Shown here: piece by piece, positions 23,754 through 37,488 of the stretch
Layout: every line of letters starts with the position of its first letter
How positions within the stretch are numbered: position 1 is the stretch's first letter
NCBI GenBank assembly: GCA_002633005.1
Contig: NMRA01000296.1
Coordinates: forward strand, 288,399-352,398
Direction of reading: 5' to 3'
Length of the DNA: 64,000 bases
From: Phoronis australis
Taxonomy: Eukaryota > Animalia > Phoronida
Notes under the pieces: model-generated
Database searches by the model: none
Told to the model about the DNA's origin: nothing
What the model saw: the letters and a program-made list of their open reading frames with translations, nothing else
Position numbers and translations under genes: made by a program

Positions 23754-26700
23754 ATGAACGGCATGTTTTCACAGGCTCGGCGTTCACTGGCGTCGTCATT
23801 GGTATGGTTCTAGACTCCCCTATTCCTAATTCGTATTCAGTTCAGGGAAATAGTCAAGGTGCTGCTGTGGATAAGACAGATTCGCCGTTTACTCTAGTCT
23901 AGGCCTATCTCGCTGAGGTCGGCATGACGTAATACCTGTATCTTGACTGACCTTGGGTTGGAGAGCAAGTGTAGAATTTCTACGTACATAGAAGCTTGAA
24001 ACTCCTAAAAATGCAAAATTACTCAAGATATTGCCATGCATTACTAGCGAATCATGTGATCGCTCTCATATTTCTTGCAAGTGTTAATCATTATTGCTTT
24101 GATCAGTTGTTAAACATGTTTACAGACTTAGCCTATAAGTTAAGTAAAGTGCCTAGACACATTCGCTAGCTTTGACAGTACCACTGTCTCAACTGTCCCC
24201 AGTAGAGACAGTGGTCATCCTATAGATCGTCCATATGCCAGAAGCTTTGGTGCATAGATGGATACCTTAGGAGGGCTTTGATCTCTTTAACTCTTCAAAG
24301 CTCAAACAAATACTCCCGCAATCAAACTTTTGTTTTGAACAGTCCTTCGTTCTGTTGCACAAATCAGCAACTGGCCATTTTTAAACTGCTCGCGCAAGGG
24401 GATGTGATGGTGTCATGCATGCTAAGAATTGTCCGATGGCTCTTGGCTTACCTGAATATCCAACTGCTGCCTAGTGCCTAATGGTTGGGTAAGTGGTACA
24501 ATTATGTTGGACAACCAACAGAATTAATGAGAAACACAATATGGGAACATCATACAAAAGTTTTAGGTTGTCACATTTCCTGTCAGATGTAAAACCCTTG
24601 CCACGTGTACTTTTCATGCTATTTAATAATCTTTCAAAATGAAAGTTTAAAAAGTACCTAATTGTCATCCCCAGTGTGTTCATGATGGGTCTACTTATCC
24701 ATAGACAACTGTAATTACCTACAAGTGCTTGGTATCTTCGATCTATGCGGCAGATTTTGTGGTACGCAATGCGTAGGATTCCAATGGTAAATGGACTCAC
24801 AATTCACATCTGTTACCACCAACAGCAACAAGGTTACCGACATTTTGCAAAAAAGACAGTCACTAGGCTTGCTCATCGAAGTCAATAAGTGAATAAGATT
24901 GATGCCATTTTGATGGATTTAAGTAACGTGTTTGATAAAGTCAACGAATTTTGTTAGTCCGTAATTTAATATCAGTTTGAGCTTTGTCAAATTTGTTTAC
25001 GGATATAAGCGTGTGCCATGTCAAAAGTGTTGTGTAAATCCCACTAATAGAGTCCTTTACTGGACTGAGGTATGTGACGTCAGTGGTGTTTCTTACAGAT
25101 TTCCAAACGAGCATTCTCCAGTAGCCCTCGATTGTCATGGAACTTGCAACTTCCTTTGTCTGAAGATGATCCAGAAATAAGCAGCTTGGTTGTACAGGAG
25201 AAGGATCGACAGATGCGAGGGCTAGAGTTGATTGCATCAGAGGTACTTGAGTGTGTGTGTGTTTGGGTGTGTATGTGTCTACAGTCATGATTACTGTACT
25301 TGACTGGATTAATACCCTCACCCAAAATGTACACCTTTGAATGCCCGTGTTTGACTTAATGCCCTCCCTCAATTTATAAGATCAACATTTTGTGAATGTC
25401 CAACACATGTAAGCAAATCGATCGTTTGATCCAAACTTCTAAAAAATTTGTTTTAAACACCAATGCCTGGCTTGACGCCTACCCCCTGACCAGTACCAGA
25501 CATTTACGGTATGTCTTCAGAGGAATACAACATTATGTGCTAGAAAATTTGTATTGTTTGTCAATTATGAAAATTTACATACCAACAATTATGTTACGCT
25601 GAAAGTTATTGGCATTGGAAATTTAGTAAGAATAGGGTTCGAATTTGCATTTTTGCTAGTGGTGCAATTTTGAAAGCTGGACAGGCAAACTGTCAAAAGG
25701 TGTTGAAGCTCCAGTTTTTGTAACAAGAAAAGAGGATTTATTCAAGAAACTACATTTTATTATTTTCTGTATATAGCACACCAAAAACTACTTGAAGGTG
25801 GTACATTTTCAAGTCCTGTAAAAAACTAGGGTGCACAATTTTTTGACAACTCTGTGATAATGTCATCACCTTTTTGATTGTAGAACTTTGCAAGCCGCGC
25901 TGTGTTGGAATGTCTGGGTTCCTGTCTCAACAACAAGTATGCTGAAGGTTACCCCGGCAACAGGTTGGTTGATTGTAGTTTCTTTCTTTGCCACTAGGAG
26001 CAGAGGGCAGTTTGGTGCAGTGTGTTGTGGTATTTGCTGTTCTTTTTGTTAACATACAGAGCTATCATCTTGTTTTAATAAACATTCAGATTTGAAGTGT
26101 CACAGAATGTAGACCATTTAGATTTTTTTTTCTGTTTGAAAATTGCAGTTGTATTCATTTACAAATTATAAATGCAAAAACAAAAAAAAATCTGCAAATA
26201 GGTGACCTTTGCATTAATGACTTACCTTGCTTGCTTACACAGCCTGCATCATGCAGCGTTATTCCCCAACATCACGTTACAATACTTACTGGACACGGTT
26301 GTGTGATTTGTGACGTATCATTTTCGCCACAAAACTCATTCTCATAAATATTTGGCAATTTTCAACCTACTTCATATTCACGCTGTCGCTATATGTTGTG
26401 TTTCTGACTAATTTGGCCAAGCAACCACTGAGATAAGGAATTAGCGAGCAAGTTCCACTTTAAAACCAGTGTCTGGGCAATTTATAGTTACTCTCACTTG
26501 AGATGGTCTATGGTGATGAAAGAACCGTGTACTTTTATCATCAAGTATATGATTGTATCTTTGTTTTGTCATGGGGATTGTTTATTTCGTTGTCATGATG
26601 TTTTTGAGACAACTGTTGCGATATCTGATCCCGGACAACAAACAGACAGGCGACAATATGAAAAACTGGTGATTATTAAACTAGAAAAGTCAATATCAAG

Positions 26701-29700
26701 CCATTTGTACAGTGGGACTGTTTGTAGGAAGACGTGTTGGTGATTTATATTATTGCTATTGTTGCAAATTATGACTGTATTGTATCAGTTACTGAGTTCC
26801 ATCAGATAAAATTGCTGAAATTTGATCGTGTTGAATCTTTGAATGTTTTTAATTGTACAACCAGTGTATAGAATTTAAACAATGGATGAATCAGTTATAG
26901 TGAAGTGATGCACTAAAGCCCAGCAAATGGCTCGCATCTTGTTTCTGCTCTTTACTTCCACTGTGCAAACACAACGACTAACTTATGAGCTAAATACAGA
27001 GACAGTCTGCCCATTATGCGACTAAATCATCTTGCAAATTTGTATCTTTCAAGGATCATATTGGAAAATCCTGGCTTTCAGTCAGTTGACCCACATTGCC
27101 TGAAATCTATGGACCTGCTGTTTGGGACCTATGGGTCACATTTAGTCAAATATCTGCCCTTTTTCGATTTTGAGTTTTGGGGATAGCATTTAGATATGCA
27201 CGATTTTGTTTGCTACCTCAGTACATGACGTGGTTAGTGGATGCTCTGAAGAGCCAACTAAGCACACCAAACCATAATTGAGTTCTACCTTTTCCCAATA
27301 TGCTAGACCCCATATCGCTACAATCGAGCAATAATTGTGGGTCAGTGAAATTTTTCATGTGCCAATGATGTGGGATGTGCTCCTTAAATTATCCCTTTGC
27401 ATTAGTACTTAGTGATATTGGTTGTGGTCTTGACAGGTCATTCTATAGCTTGTCTGATGATGGTGAATTCAGTTAACATTCAGCCGTCATGTTGGGGAAT
27501 TTTTGTCTGATTATTTTTGATGTGTACTGTAAATAAGAGATAGTTTGTATACTTCTCTAGGTACTACGGAGGTAACGAAATCATCGACCAGGTCGAGACT
27601 TTGTGCCAAAAGAGGGCTCTGGAGCTGTACAAGCTTGACCCTGAGCAGTGGGGTGTTAATGTGCAGCCGTATTCTGGCAGTCCGGCCAACTTTGCAGCCT
27701 ACACTGGTGTACTAAAGCCGCACGACCGAATCATGGGTCTGGATCTGCCGGATGGTGGACAGTGAGTCATTCACCTCGTGTCATTCACGTTTCTTGCACC
27801 CTGTTGTTTGATGGCAAAAATAGTCAAAGTTATTAAATTTTGTAAAATGGCTTTAGTTAGCAGCGGTGTCTAGTGCTGGTGTTGCAGTCGTAGTTGTGCT
27901 ACTTCTAGTATTGTACACTATTGCATCTCCTTAACCCTTTGAAGGAGCTTTGTGAAATTTGAAGGATGCATTCCTATGGAGCCGGTGATAAATGGTAACG
28001 AGTGTTGAACTGATCCAAATACCACTCTGCCCCCTAGTGGCAATTTTTTGTGTTTGCCTCTGTATCTTCGGAGAGCATTATTGTATATTCATGAGACTCG
28101 GCAAATAGGTTTCTAATAAGGAGGTGACAACACCTTTCCATTTTCGAACGAATTTGACTTTTTTTGCGCCACCTGCTGGCCATTTTTAGTATTTTTGCAT
28201 CGGTTTTCTGGCGTCCGCCTCCCTATCTCCCATACTGCTGAAAGGATCACTATGATGATGTGTTCCTGATGAGAAGGCCATGACTGACGTTGACTTTTGG
28301 ACTGGTCCTACTACTGTGTCACCCGCTAGTGGTGACTTTTTTTGCTTTTACAGCTGAATCTCTTTTAACCTTTGAAGGAGTTTTGCGATATTTGAAAGAT
28401 GTGTTCCAGTGGAGTCAACGACAAACGGTAACAAATACCATTGTGCCCCCTAGTGGCAAAATTTGTTTTACGTTTACCTCTGTGTCTTCAGAGTTCATTA
28501 ATATCTAACTTCATGAAATATGGCAAACAGATTTCTATTAAGGAGACAACAATGCCCATTTGCGGACAGATTTGATGTTTTCTGTGCCATCTGTTGGCCA
28601 TTTAAATAAATAATGCTTTTGACGTCTGCCTCTATATCTGGCAAACCACTCAAAGAATCATTATGAAAATTGACAGTTGTATTCCTCATGCGAATACCCC
28701 AACTGACGTTGATTTTCAGATGTTTTCATCTATTCTGGCACCCCTAAGGGACATGTTTCCTTTTTGCATACGCGGATGTATTTTTTAACCCTTTGAAAAT
28801 TTTTGCGAAATTTGGCAGATGGACTCCTATAGACATGGCGACAGATGATGATTATTTTCTTCCAATCAGACTATAGATATGTCCCCTAGTGTTAATTGTT
28901 TTTTTACATTTACCTCTAAATCTTAGGAGTTCTTTGGTGTATTTTCATGAAATTCGTCAAATAGTTGTGTATTACAGAGACAGCACCTCCTCAATCCAGA
29001 CGGGTTTGACGCATTGTTCATCATTTAATGGTCATTTTTGTGATACTAAAAATACCATAGAACCACACCATTTAAGGTGCTGTCGTGTGTGCATTTCAGT
29101 GCTTCATGTTGCTCTTGTTAGTAGTAGTAGCAGCATCAGCAGCAGCAGCAGCATCAGCAGCAGCAGCAGCAGCAGCAGAAGCAGCAGCAACAGCAGTAGC
29201 ACCTAAGCAATTATTTCAATGTCAACTTAGTGTTGAAAATTTGTCTTTTTCAGTTTGACTCACGGTTTTATGACTGACAAGAAACGGATTTCTGCGACTT
29301 CAATTTATTTTGAATCTATGCCATATAAGCTCGAGGTACTATGGTGCTGTTGTTTTCAAATTGTTTCTGTGATAACTTTGAATATTCCTTCAATAACTGA
29401 TTCAAGCTATTGTTTATTGTACCGTATTTGCCCGGGTTATTGCCTAGTTTGGCTTTGTGTACAAGCACGAATTTTCAAAGTCCGATAATCTATTCAATTA
29501 CACACAAAAATAATTGCCAAAAACAACAATTTTATGTTTTTCAAAGACGGGTTACATTGTTAGAATGCTCGGAATTTCACCAAACTTATGTTTTGCAATC
29601 GCTGTTTGTTACAATCATCTCAATGGTGAAATCAAGTATTTCTCAACATTTTTATCAAGAAACTTGGCAAAATTAAATTACATGGCCGCCGTCTTGTGTA

Positions 29701-32700
29701 TTACATATTGAAGAGTGCTTAACGTGTTCACTTGGTTATACACCACCTCAAATTATTGTAGTCGAAACTCTTTAAAAGCCGTCATACATGTGAGTTCCCA
29801 GTCTGCGGAGAATTTCAAACGTATCCAATTTACCTGCCTGTGACTTACAAGTACAACTGATTGTAGTGAACCAAATATGTATTTGTTTAAACCATCACTT
29901 ATGAATTGACCCACATAATGGATGTTTCCTGAGGGTTAACATAATCAGTCCCTCACTCAACGCCAGCCCAAACATTCCGCTGTAAATACCTTAACACAAT
30001 TTTCCAGTGACCATGTACTTTATAAGTGCATAAGGTAAGTGATACAAAATTCGCTACACTGAATTTTAGGGCTTTCAAAAATAGTCGCAGGCAGTCTCGT
30101 AGACGCTATACTAGATATCCGGAGGTCCTCAGGTGGGCCCATTTCTCTGGTCATGTGGAACCATTTTTGTGTTTTATTAATAATATATATTTTAAAACCA
30201 AGCTGAGGAGCTAGAGGCCTGACTCAAGGGTGTGGCAGTGTGCTCCAGTGGCACTGTAACCTGAGACCTTGAGCAAAGGAAGCCGACGCTTATCCCACTG
30301 GGCCACACTGCCGCCCTCAATTTTAGGGCTTCACATGACAGTGCTGCGTAGTGTTATTCTTTTCCTTGTCAAGATTTCCTTCCTTGGGTAGCTCTTGTGA
30401 ACTGTTTGTAATTGTCTCTGTTTGCTTGAGGATTCGTTTGCAATAATTAGACTTTTTATCTTTCACAGACATTTTGGCACAATCATGTTACCCATTCCTG
30501 CACTTTTGTTGGTCCTCTTCTTGAGAGTAATCAACCTAGAAAACTTCTGGTCATTCACCAATAGCATTCTTTAGGAAATCGCTTATTTGTCAAAACCTAT
30601 AGTTTGTTATTTATGTTTTGGTTGTAGTTTAACAACTGTGATAAACAAATACTTCAATTGAAACTGAAAAAAATTCAATATCTGCTGTTTGTTTTTGTAT
30701 GATAATTGTTTCACAAAGTAGCTTAATGTTAAAGCAGTTCCACTTGACATGAGTTGGAATTTTCACAAATTTCCGGAAAAGCTCAAACTCGGGTAGTAGC
30801 ATTTGAAAGTCAATTTCCTCTGAAAAACAGGTATCGAACTCATAATTCAGGACCCCTGAAAGTGACTTACAAGGCAATAGTAGTACTCTGAAAGTGTCTT
30901 TAAGTGATATGTGTAACATTTTGTCACATTTCAGCTTGAAAGTGGTCTCATTGACTACGACAGACTGGAAGAAAATGCTCGTCTGTTCCGCCCAAAACTG
31001 ATCATAGCTGGATACAGCGCCTATTCTCGTCTGTTGGATTACAAGCGCTTTCGGCAGGTAATCTACTAAGCAATATCTGTCTGCACTTCTCCCTTTTGAG
31101 TTTCAAGAGGCATGCAACTTGTTCTTGTCATTTCTTGCATGTTCTCCACCCACCTTAAAGGTTTACATTGCAGGACTTAATGCCTTTTTTGTGAATTCAA
31201 ACGGGCCCATTCAGACTCTGTTTATTATGATTCAAAGACTCGCGTTTCACGCACACTTTGAGTTACAATATTTCACCCAATGTTTCGACCTTTTGTTGTT
31301 TGTTCTGTGTTCTGGCAGTGACGCAATATGGCACAACAAAGGCTCTTCACTGGTCATTTTATGAGCCTCAATTTGAGTGATCATATCATGTCATCTCATT
31401 GAAAACATTTTGTCTGCACGCCACATCATGTGACCTAATCACGTGACCCTATGTTGCTATAGTATTGTTATGAGACTCAATATTTTGATACCTCAATGCT
31501 TCTAAAACAACAAGAATCCATTGCAGGAGGGCCTAACTTGTCTTTTGATGTGCTAGTCTATACACAAAGACTGTTTGTCTTCTCTTGCAGATCTGTGATG
31601 AGCATAATGCCGTCCTACTCGCTGACATGGCCCATATCTCTGGCCTGGTCGCAGCTGGCGTCATTCCGAGCCCGTTTGACTACTCCGACGTGGTAACCAC
31701 GACAACGCACAAGACTCTGCGTGGACCGAGGTTTGTACTGTACAATAAGTTTCAAATACTTATAAAGAAGCTTTGGTTACGATGTGGTGAAAATTCAAGA
31801 TGAAACCAAATGAAAAATAAGATGAAATGAATTGCCAATTATCTAGACATTTTTGCTTCAAAGTTTTACCAGATTTCGAGGAAAAGAAATTCTTTTTAAG
31901 TTGCTGTAGGACTGACCTGTTCGATCTGTTTCTGAAGCATAGAAAGTGACTTAACACTTAAGACAGAAATTTGGTCTTGTGGTTCCTCTCCACACTTGCT
32001 GATAAAGGTTTTGTTAAGTAATTATGAGCGCATCACAGTGTAGAAATAAATTATCTCTGTAACTAGGAGTTATGTGTATATTTTGAGAGACTGCATGAGC
32101 TTTATTTTTCAGAAATTGTTTTGTCGAGTTAAAGTCCAGAATAAATTTCTGACTCACTTTCATGAAACGGACCGAGGGACTCAAAATCCAGTCTTTGAAC
32201 TAAAAGTACAACTTTGTATTGTAATTTCCTTTACTACTTTGCCATGAACTCCATGTAACAACCTTCAATGTGCTGAGAACATTATCATTTACTTTAATGC
32301 GTACACAAAGTATGCATTCAATGACTCAAGATTCAAGTTACTATTACGATTTAATGTAGTTCCAATTGACGATATCCAGGAAAAATCACGATTCTTTGAG
32401 AAAAAACAATGGTATGATTACGTTCATCTGGGCATCATTCTTGTGCACATTATAAGATTCTGTGATCATCAAGGATTTCAAAAATATATAGTTTTATGGG
32501 GCTATTGTTATTAATACTTAGAAAGTTGTTTAAGAAATTTGATTCTCGATAAAGCGGGAGGCTTTTTATGTTTAACACTTTCCCACCTATTTATAGGGCG
32601 GGTATGATCTTCTTCCGCAAGGGGGTCAAGTCAGTGGATAAGAAGACAGGCAAGGAGATCAAGTACAAGTTTGAGGACGACATTAACTTTGCCCTCTTCC

Positions 32701-35700
32701 CCGGTTTACAGGGTGGACCTCATGAACACCAGATTGCTGGCATAGCCGTGGCACTAAAGCAGGTGAATAGCCAATCAGAATTGAAAGATGGGGCTCAATA
32801 TGCTAATATTCTGTAATAAGTTGAAGCTGAGATTTGCAGTGACACAAATGGACAACCAATGAAAGGCACATGAAGCTGTAATTGGCTCTCAAAACAAATA
32901 AACAACCAATTAGAGCCAAGGGCGGGGTTGTATGGCAAAAATTCTTCTTCAATTTGGGACCAAAATAATTGTTAATATTGCCATATGTCTATTTTTCTGA
33001 GGCTTACCGTATTGTTGCAAGTTTTCAAAATTTTACCAAAATAATGTTTGGTAATAGCTATGCCATAGAAACCAAAGTAAATCTTCCTGGAAAGTTATTT
33101 TTGTTGATAAATCTGACAAAATAAAATTTCACCTGGCCTCCATGTTGTGTCCCAAACAGAAGAATTTTTACTGCACCCTTCTGAAAAAGCTTGAAGCTGG
33201 ACACTGGCTGTCAAACAGATGTTCAGCCAAATAGAATCGAGGGTGGGGCTTAAAATGCTTATTGTTCTGAACCATTGTCAACACATGCTGAGATCGTATA
33301 AGACTTCGTATGTGGCTTTTTAGCTGGTAAAGTTGTTTGAATACCTGGTATTTAAACACTCTAGTCACATACAACAGCCTTATATCAAGTGTTATATAAA
33401 AATCAACATATGCAGACAGGTCTTGTAGAGTTTAAAAGATGAATTTGGCAACTGAATGTGTGAACAGCCTGTCAGAGTTGGGGAGGGGGACTCAAAACTA
33501 ATGAGCCGCCTTTCAGGTCAATACTGGTTATACAGTTTGAAGCATTCCTGTGTCAAAATATCTGAAGCGAGACATCCAGCCAATCAAACTCACACTAGAG
33601 TGAAACTATAGTTGTGCTTAGAGTGCTTGACGTGATATATCTCTGTTTTCAGGCAATGAAACCAGAATTTCGTGAATACCAGGAACAGACTATTAAGAAC
33701 GCACAAGCCTTGGCAAAGTCCCTTATGGAGCGTGGATATAAAGTTGTATCAGGTAAAGATTCCAATCATGTTTGCGTGTGTTGCCATGGTTTTTATTTAC
33801 ACTCCTAAAGTAACTTTGGAAAGTGGTTCAATGTTGAAGGTCGAGCCTACTCAAAGTGTTTGTTGGAATTTTCTTCGATATTCAGTCAGAGACTGTTACC
33901 CACAACTTAAATAGGTTAGATGACTTCGTGTGGCATTTGAACTCTTGAGACATACGAGTTGTATAGTAGTGTCCAAAAATATATTGAATCGGCAAAGTGT
34001 GGAGACAATAATTTCTGGCTAGATTTAAAATGGTTTAGTTCTGTTTTTGTCTGCTTTCTTTTTTTGCTCTCCTTTTGACTAAGACCGACTAATTTTGATG
34101 AAATTCATCAAATTTTGGAAAACTATTTTGTTAAGACAATATAATACAAAAATCTTAAACTCGCAGGGAATCATTTTTAAGTCTGGCCTGCACGCCACCT
34201 GTTGGCCAAATCAGATGTGACGTGGCAGGCTGACCTCATGTAAAAATGTTTGCGAACAATACAATTACACTTAAATGCATTTTTGTAGTTTTATACTTTA
34301 TCTGTATTGCTTTCATATTTTGCAATATGTTTGGAACCGATGGAAGTGTTGATGTCAACATTTGTTCCCAGGTGGCACTGACAACCACCTGCTATTGATG
34401 GACTTGCGGTCACGTGGGCTGGATGGTGCACGCATGGAGCGGGTGTGTGAACTGGCTTCCATTACTGTCAACAAGAATACAGTCCCAGGAGACAAGAGCG
34501 CGCTTGTGCCCGGGGGTATCAGGCTGGGTAAGAACCTGTGCTCCGTGTCATTTCAGTGCTGAGTAAGGCCTCCATTTGGAGTCGGTTAAGCGTGTTGTAA
34601 TTGTTCATAAAACTATATAAGAGCAAACGTCGCACGTTTTCTTCTTTCTTGTTGCAAACTGCTTGACAGACCCCATTTTCTTATATTTTATGTACAGCAG
34701 TGTCATGCCCCCCCCCCCCTGTTAATTGCCAAAACATTATGACAATCATTCAGCCAACAGTCACTATGCTTCCCCACTTACTCGATTTGCGATGCTTGGC
34801 CTGCCTGCTGAATTCCTCTGGCCACGCCATTGGCTGTCGACATGAAGTGTAATAATGGTCACTGACGGAGGTTTAGCTCGTTCTGACTGTCGTATTCTTT
34901 ATTTTAGGTGCGCCCGCTTTGACGTCGCGAAACTTTAAAGAAGCCGACTTTGAGAAAGTGGCTGAGTTTCTGGACAAGGCAGCAATGATAAGTTTGGATG
35001 TGAAAGGACAAACGGGTGAGTCGCATCAGGCTGTGTACCTATGTATAAGTTTGGGTGTGAAAGGGCTTTCAATACACGCTCTTCTTTTGCTAACTTTTAC
35101 CAAAGAAGCATGGTCACAATTAATGATAGGTTGTTAATTAATACTTTACTGATTGAAATACACAGACCTGTGCATAAATTGCTACATAACCTTATCCAGG
35201 GCCACAGTAATTTCACAGTTAAAACCGTGAAATTAATTCGGCCTTGCATAGTCAGTCTCCAGCCAAAATATTGTCTCATAACACTCGTTCTTTTCCATCT
35301 CCATCAATTGCCTGATAAGCCATGTGTCGAGTTCTAGAGCCGCGTGCTTATCTCGGTATTTATGACACGGCTTCTCAGTATCTCTTCAATCTCGACTCAC
35401 TTCACCATCCAACTTCTACACTTAGATCTGCAAATGACTTATGATCGTATTCTCCAAGTGTGAACCCAATGTAGAGTCATCATCCCCAACTTCTGTTAAT
35501 CCTGAACAGTTCTGTGGAGTTCCGTATCACACAACACAAGATCAGCTCCAACTACTGCTATAAGTAAATAAGGCTTTGTCCTTGACAGATTTTTATGAAA
35601 TTTGGTACATAGCTTTCTATTTGAGAAGTGATGACATAGTCCCGTTTTCGGATGGATTTAATGTGTTTTGCGCCATCTAGCAGTCATTTTTACTGTTTTT

Positions 35701-37488
35701 AGTCTGTTTTTTGGCATCTGCTCCTCTATCAACCAAACCACTCTAAGGATGGTTTTGAAAATTGGCGTTTATGTTTCCATTGTGAAGAGGACGGGTGATA
35801 GGGATTTTCAGGTGACTCGAACTACTGTTGCACCTCGCGGTGGTATTTTTTGCGTCTTTGGCTGTATCCCTCTGTAGGATCTTCTTTAAATGTGGAAAGT
35901 GTATTTATATGAAGTTGACAATGGACAACGACGACATTTAGATGGATCTGACTGCAACTGAGCCCGCCTGTGTATCTTTGGCAGATTTTTATGAAATTAA
36001 ATAACAGGTTTCAATTAAAGAGTCGACAGGTTCCTGTTTTCGGATAGGTTCGGCGTATAATGGCCTTTTTATTTCCATGAAATGTTGCAAATAGGTTTCT
36101 ATTAAAGAGATGACGATGTCTTCTCATTTTCGGGCAGTTTTGACGTATTTTGCACCACATGGTAGTCATTTTGATAGATTTTGAGTATGTTTTAGACATC
36201 ACCTTCTCCAGCCACCAAACCTCTTTAAGGGTCAGTATTAAAATTTGGAGAATGATGTGTTCCAATCACTATGGCACCTCCCAGTGGCAATTTTATTTTT
36301 TGTGTCCACGGCTGTATTTCCTTTACCCTTTATGAGATCTTTCTGAAATTTAGCAGAATGATGTTTTCCTATGGAGATGGCAACAGATGACGGCGAGTTT
36401 CAGACCAATCCAACTTCACCGGTGCTCCCTTGTGGCAATTTTATTACTTGGCGGAATTCTTCCTCCAAGTATGTTGGTCTGACAGAAATTTTTTTTTGTT
36501 TGTTCGCTCTCTACAGGTCGCAATTTTGGTCTGATTTTCACGAAATTTGCACACAACATGTAGATCCGGAAGTACTGGAATGCTATTGTTTTTGGTCATG
36601 ATCGGATACAAAATGGCGGACGTGGCAGCCATTTTGTATCTGATTTCACAGTCAAATACTCGTAGAGGCCGCATTTTTCGACCTACATGGCTGAAAATCA
36701 GTAAGAATATACTAGAACGCATGTGCTACAATTGTGCAGAAAATCGTTGACTTCCGGTTAAAGATGGCGGAAATATTGGACGTGGGGCATGCGCACCCCG
36801 AAATATGGCTAAAAACGTTTTCTCCTGTAGAGGGCGCATTTGCAAACCAATCACTTTCAAACTGGTCACGTGTTTGTTGAGTTTAATAAGCTTTTATAAA
36901 AAATTATTGAACCGGAAGTCACTTTCACGGCTGTATCTTTTAAACCCCTTTGCAAAATGTTTTCAAAATTTTGCAATTGCATTCCTATTAACTTGACAAC
37001 AAATGGGCAGATTTCACTACTGCTGTGGTTCCTAATGGCAGTTTGTTTTTTTACGTTTGCCTTTGTTTCTTTGGAGTTGTTGACATATGTTTATGAAATT
37101 TGGCGTGTTTTATAGTTTTGGACTGAATTTAAGGTATTATGATTATATATTATATATTATTTATTAAAAGTCTCAACTGTAGCCAAGGATGTGCATTTTT
37201 TGTTAAATCAAATCTAAAAAATGTTGGGTTTCTTATTTGAACAGCTGCTTCTTACTGGTCAGTAAAAATGTGTTACAATCCATGCTGTTCTTTTGTTGTT
37301 TGCTGCTCTTTTCTTGTATGCTGTTCTTTTGTTGTATGCTGTTCTTTTGTTGCATTCCAGGAAACCTGAAGGAGTTCAAAGCTTTCATACTGGATGATGC
37401 AGAGTCGAAGAAGAAGATCGCTGAGCTGAGAACTGAGGTGGAAGTGTTCTCTCGGCAGTTCCCCATGCCGGGCTTTGACAATCACTAA
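23754..37488 (+). CDS. SHMT2: Serine hydroxymethyltransferase, mitochondrial type, 12 coding exons, 491 aa
   Basis: Exons 23754-23801, 25099-25242, 25884-25963, 27561-27761, 29254-29335, 30935-31057, 31591-31730, 32597-32762, 33653-33752, 34372-34527, 34908-35015, 37361-37488 sum to 1476 nt in one frame. Motifs: [57 protein letters not shown], the PLP lysine motif [32 protein letters not shown]. The N-terminus [30 protein letters not shown] is Arg/Ser-rich with no acidic residues (presequence-like). Exon 1 is the least certain. Confidence 0.96.
24790..24945 (+). mobile_element. Small decayed LINE reverse transcriptase relic
   Basis: [15 protein letters not shown] resembles the RT motif 'DAIFLDFSKAFDKV'; a QQQGYR-like remnant lies upstream. 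Confidence 0.45.
27930..29050. repeat. Diverged ~140-bp tandem repeat with ~418-bp trimer periodicity, each monomer holding a CTCF-like core
   Basis: Cores at ~28027, 28166, 28318, 28443, 28584, 28738, 28881 and 29018, each followed by T-rich tracts and GAAATTTGG-like blocks. Confidence 0.75.
29119..29201. repeat. (TAG)n/(CAG)n microsatellite
   Basis: Directly visible; intronic, just upstream of SHMT exon 5. Confidence 0.95.
30200..30320 (-). mobile_element. tRNA-derived SINE head
   Basis: The minus strand reads GGGCGGCAGTGTGGCCCAGTGGGATAAGCGTCGG...GGTCTCAGGTTACAGTGCCACT...ACCCTTGAG. A box is present, B box is degenerate, and there is no cloverleaf closure. Confidence 0.5.
35570..37110. repeat. 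Second array of the ~140-bp repeat family, interrupted by a less decayed segment (~36440-36990)
   Basis: Cores at ~35670, 35830, 35960, 36152, 36275, 36422 and 37025, with the same GAAATTTGG/CCTATGGAG/GACAA blocks as 27930-29050. Confidence 0.65.
37282..37354. repeat. 18-bp tandem repeat x4 forming the pyrimidine tract of the last SHMT intron
   Basis: ATGCTGTTCTTTTGTTGT and variants, ending just before the ttccag acceptor. Confidence 0.85.

Noticed and set aside
28889-29206. Poly-Ser ORF or coding CAG tract in SHMT
   Set aside because: The tract is intronic; SHMT exons 4 and 5 join in frame without it.
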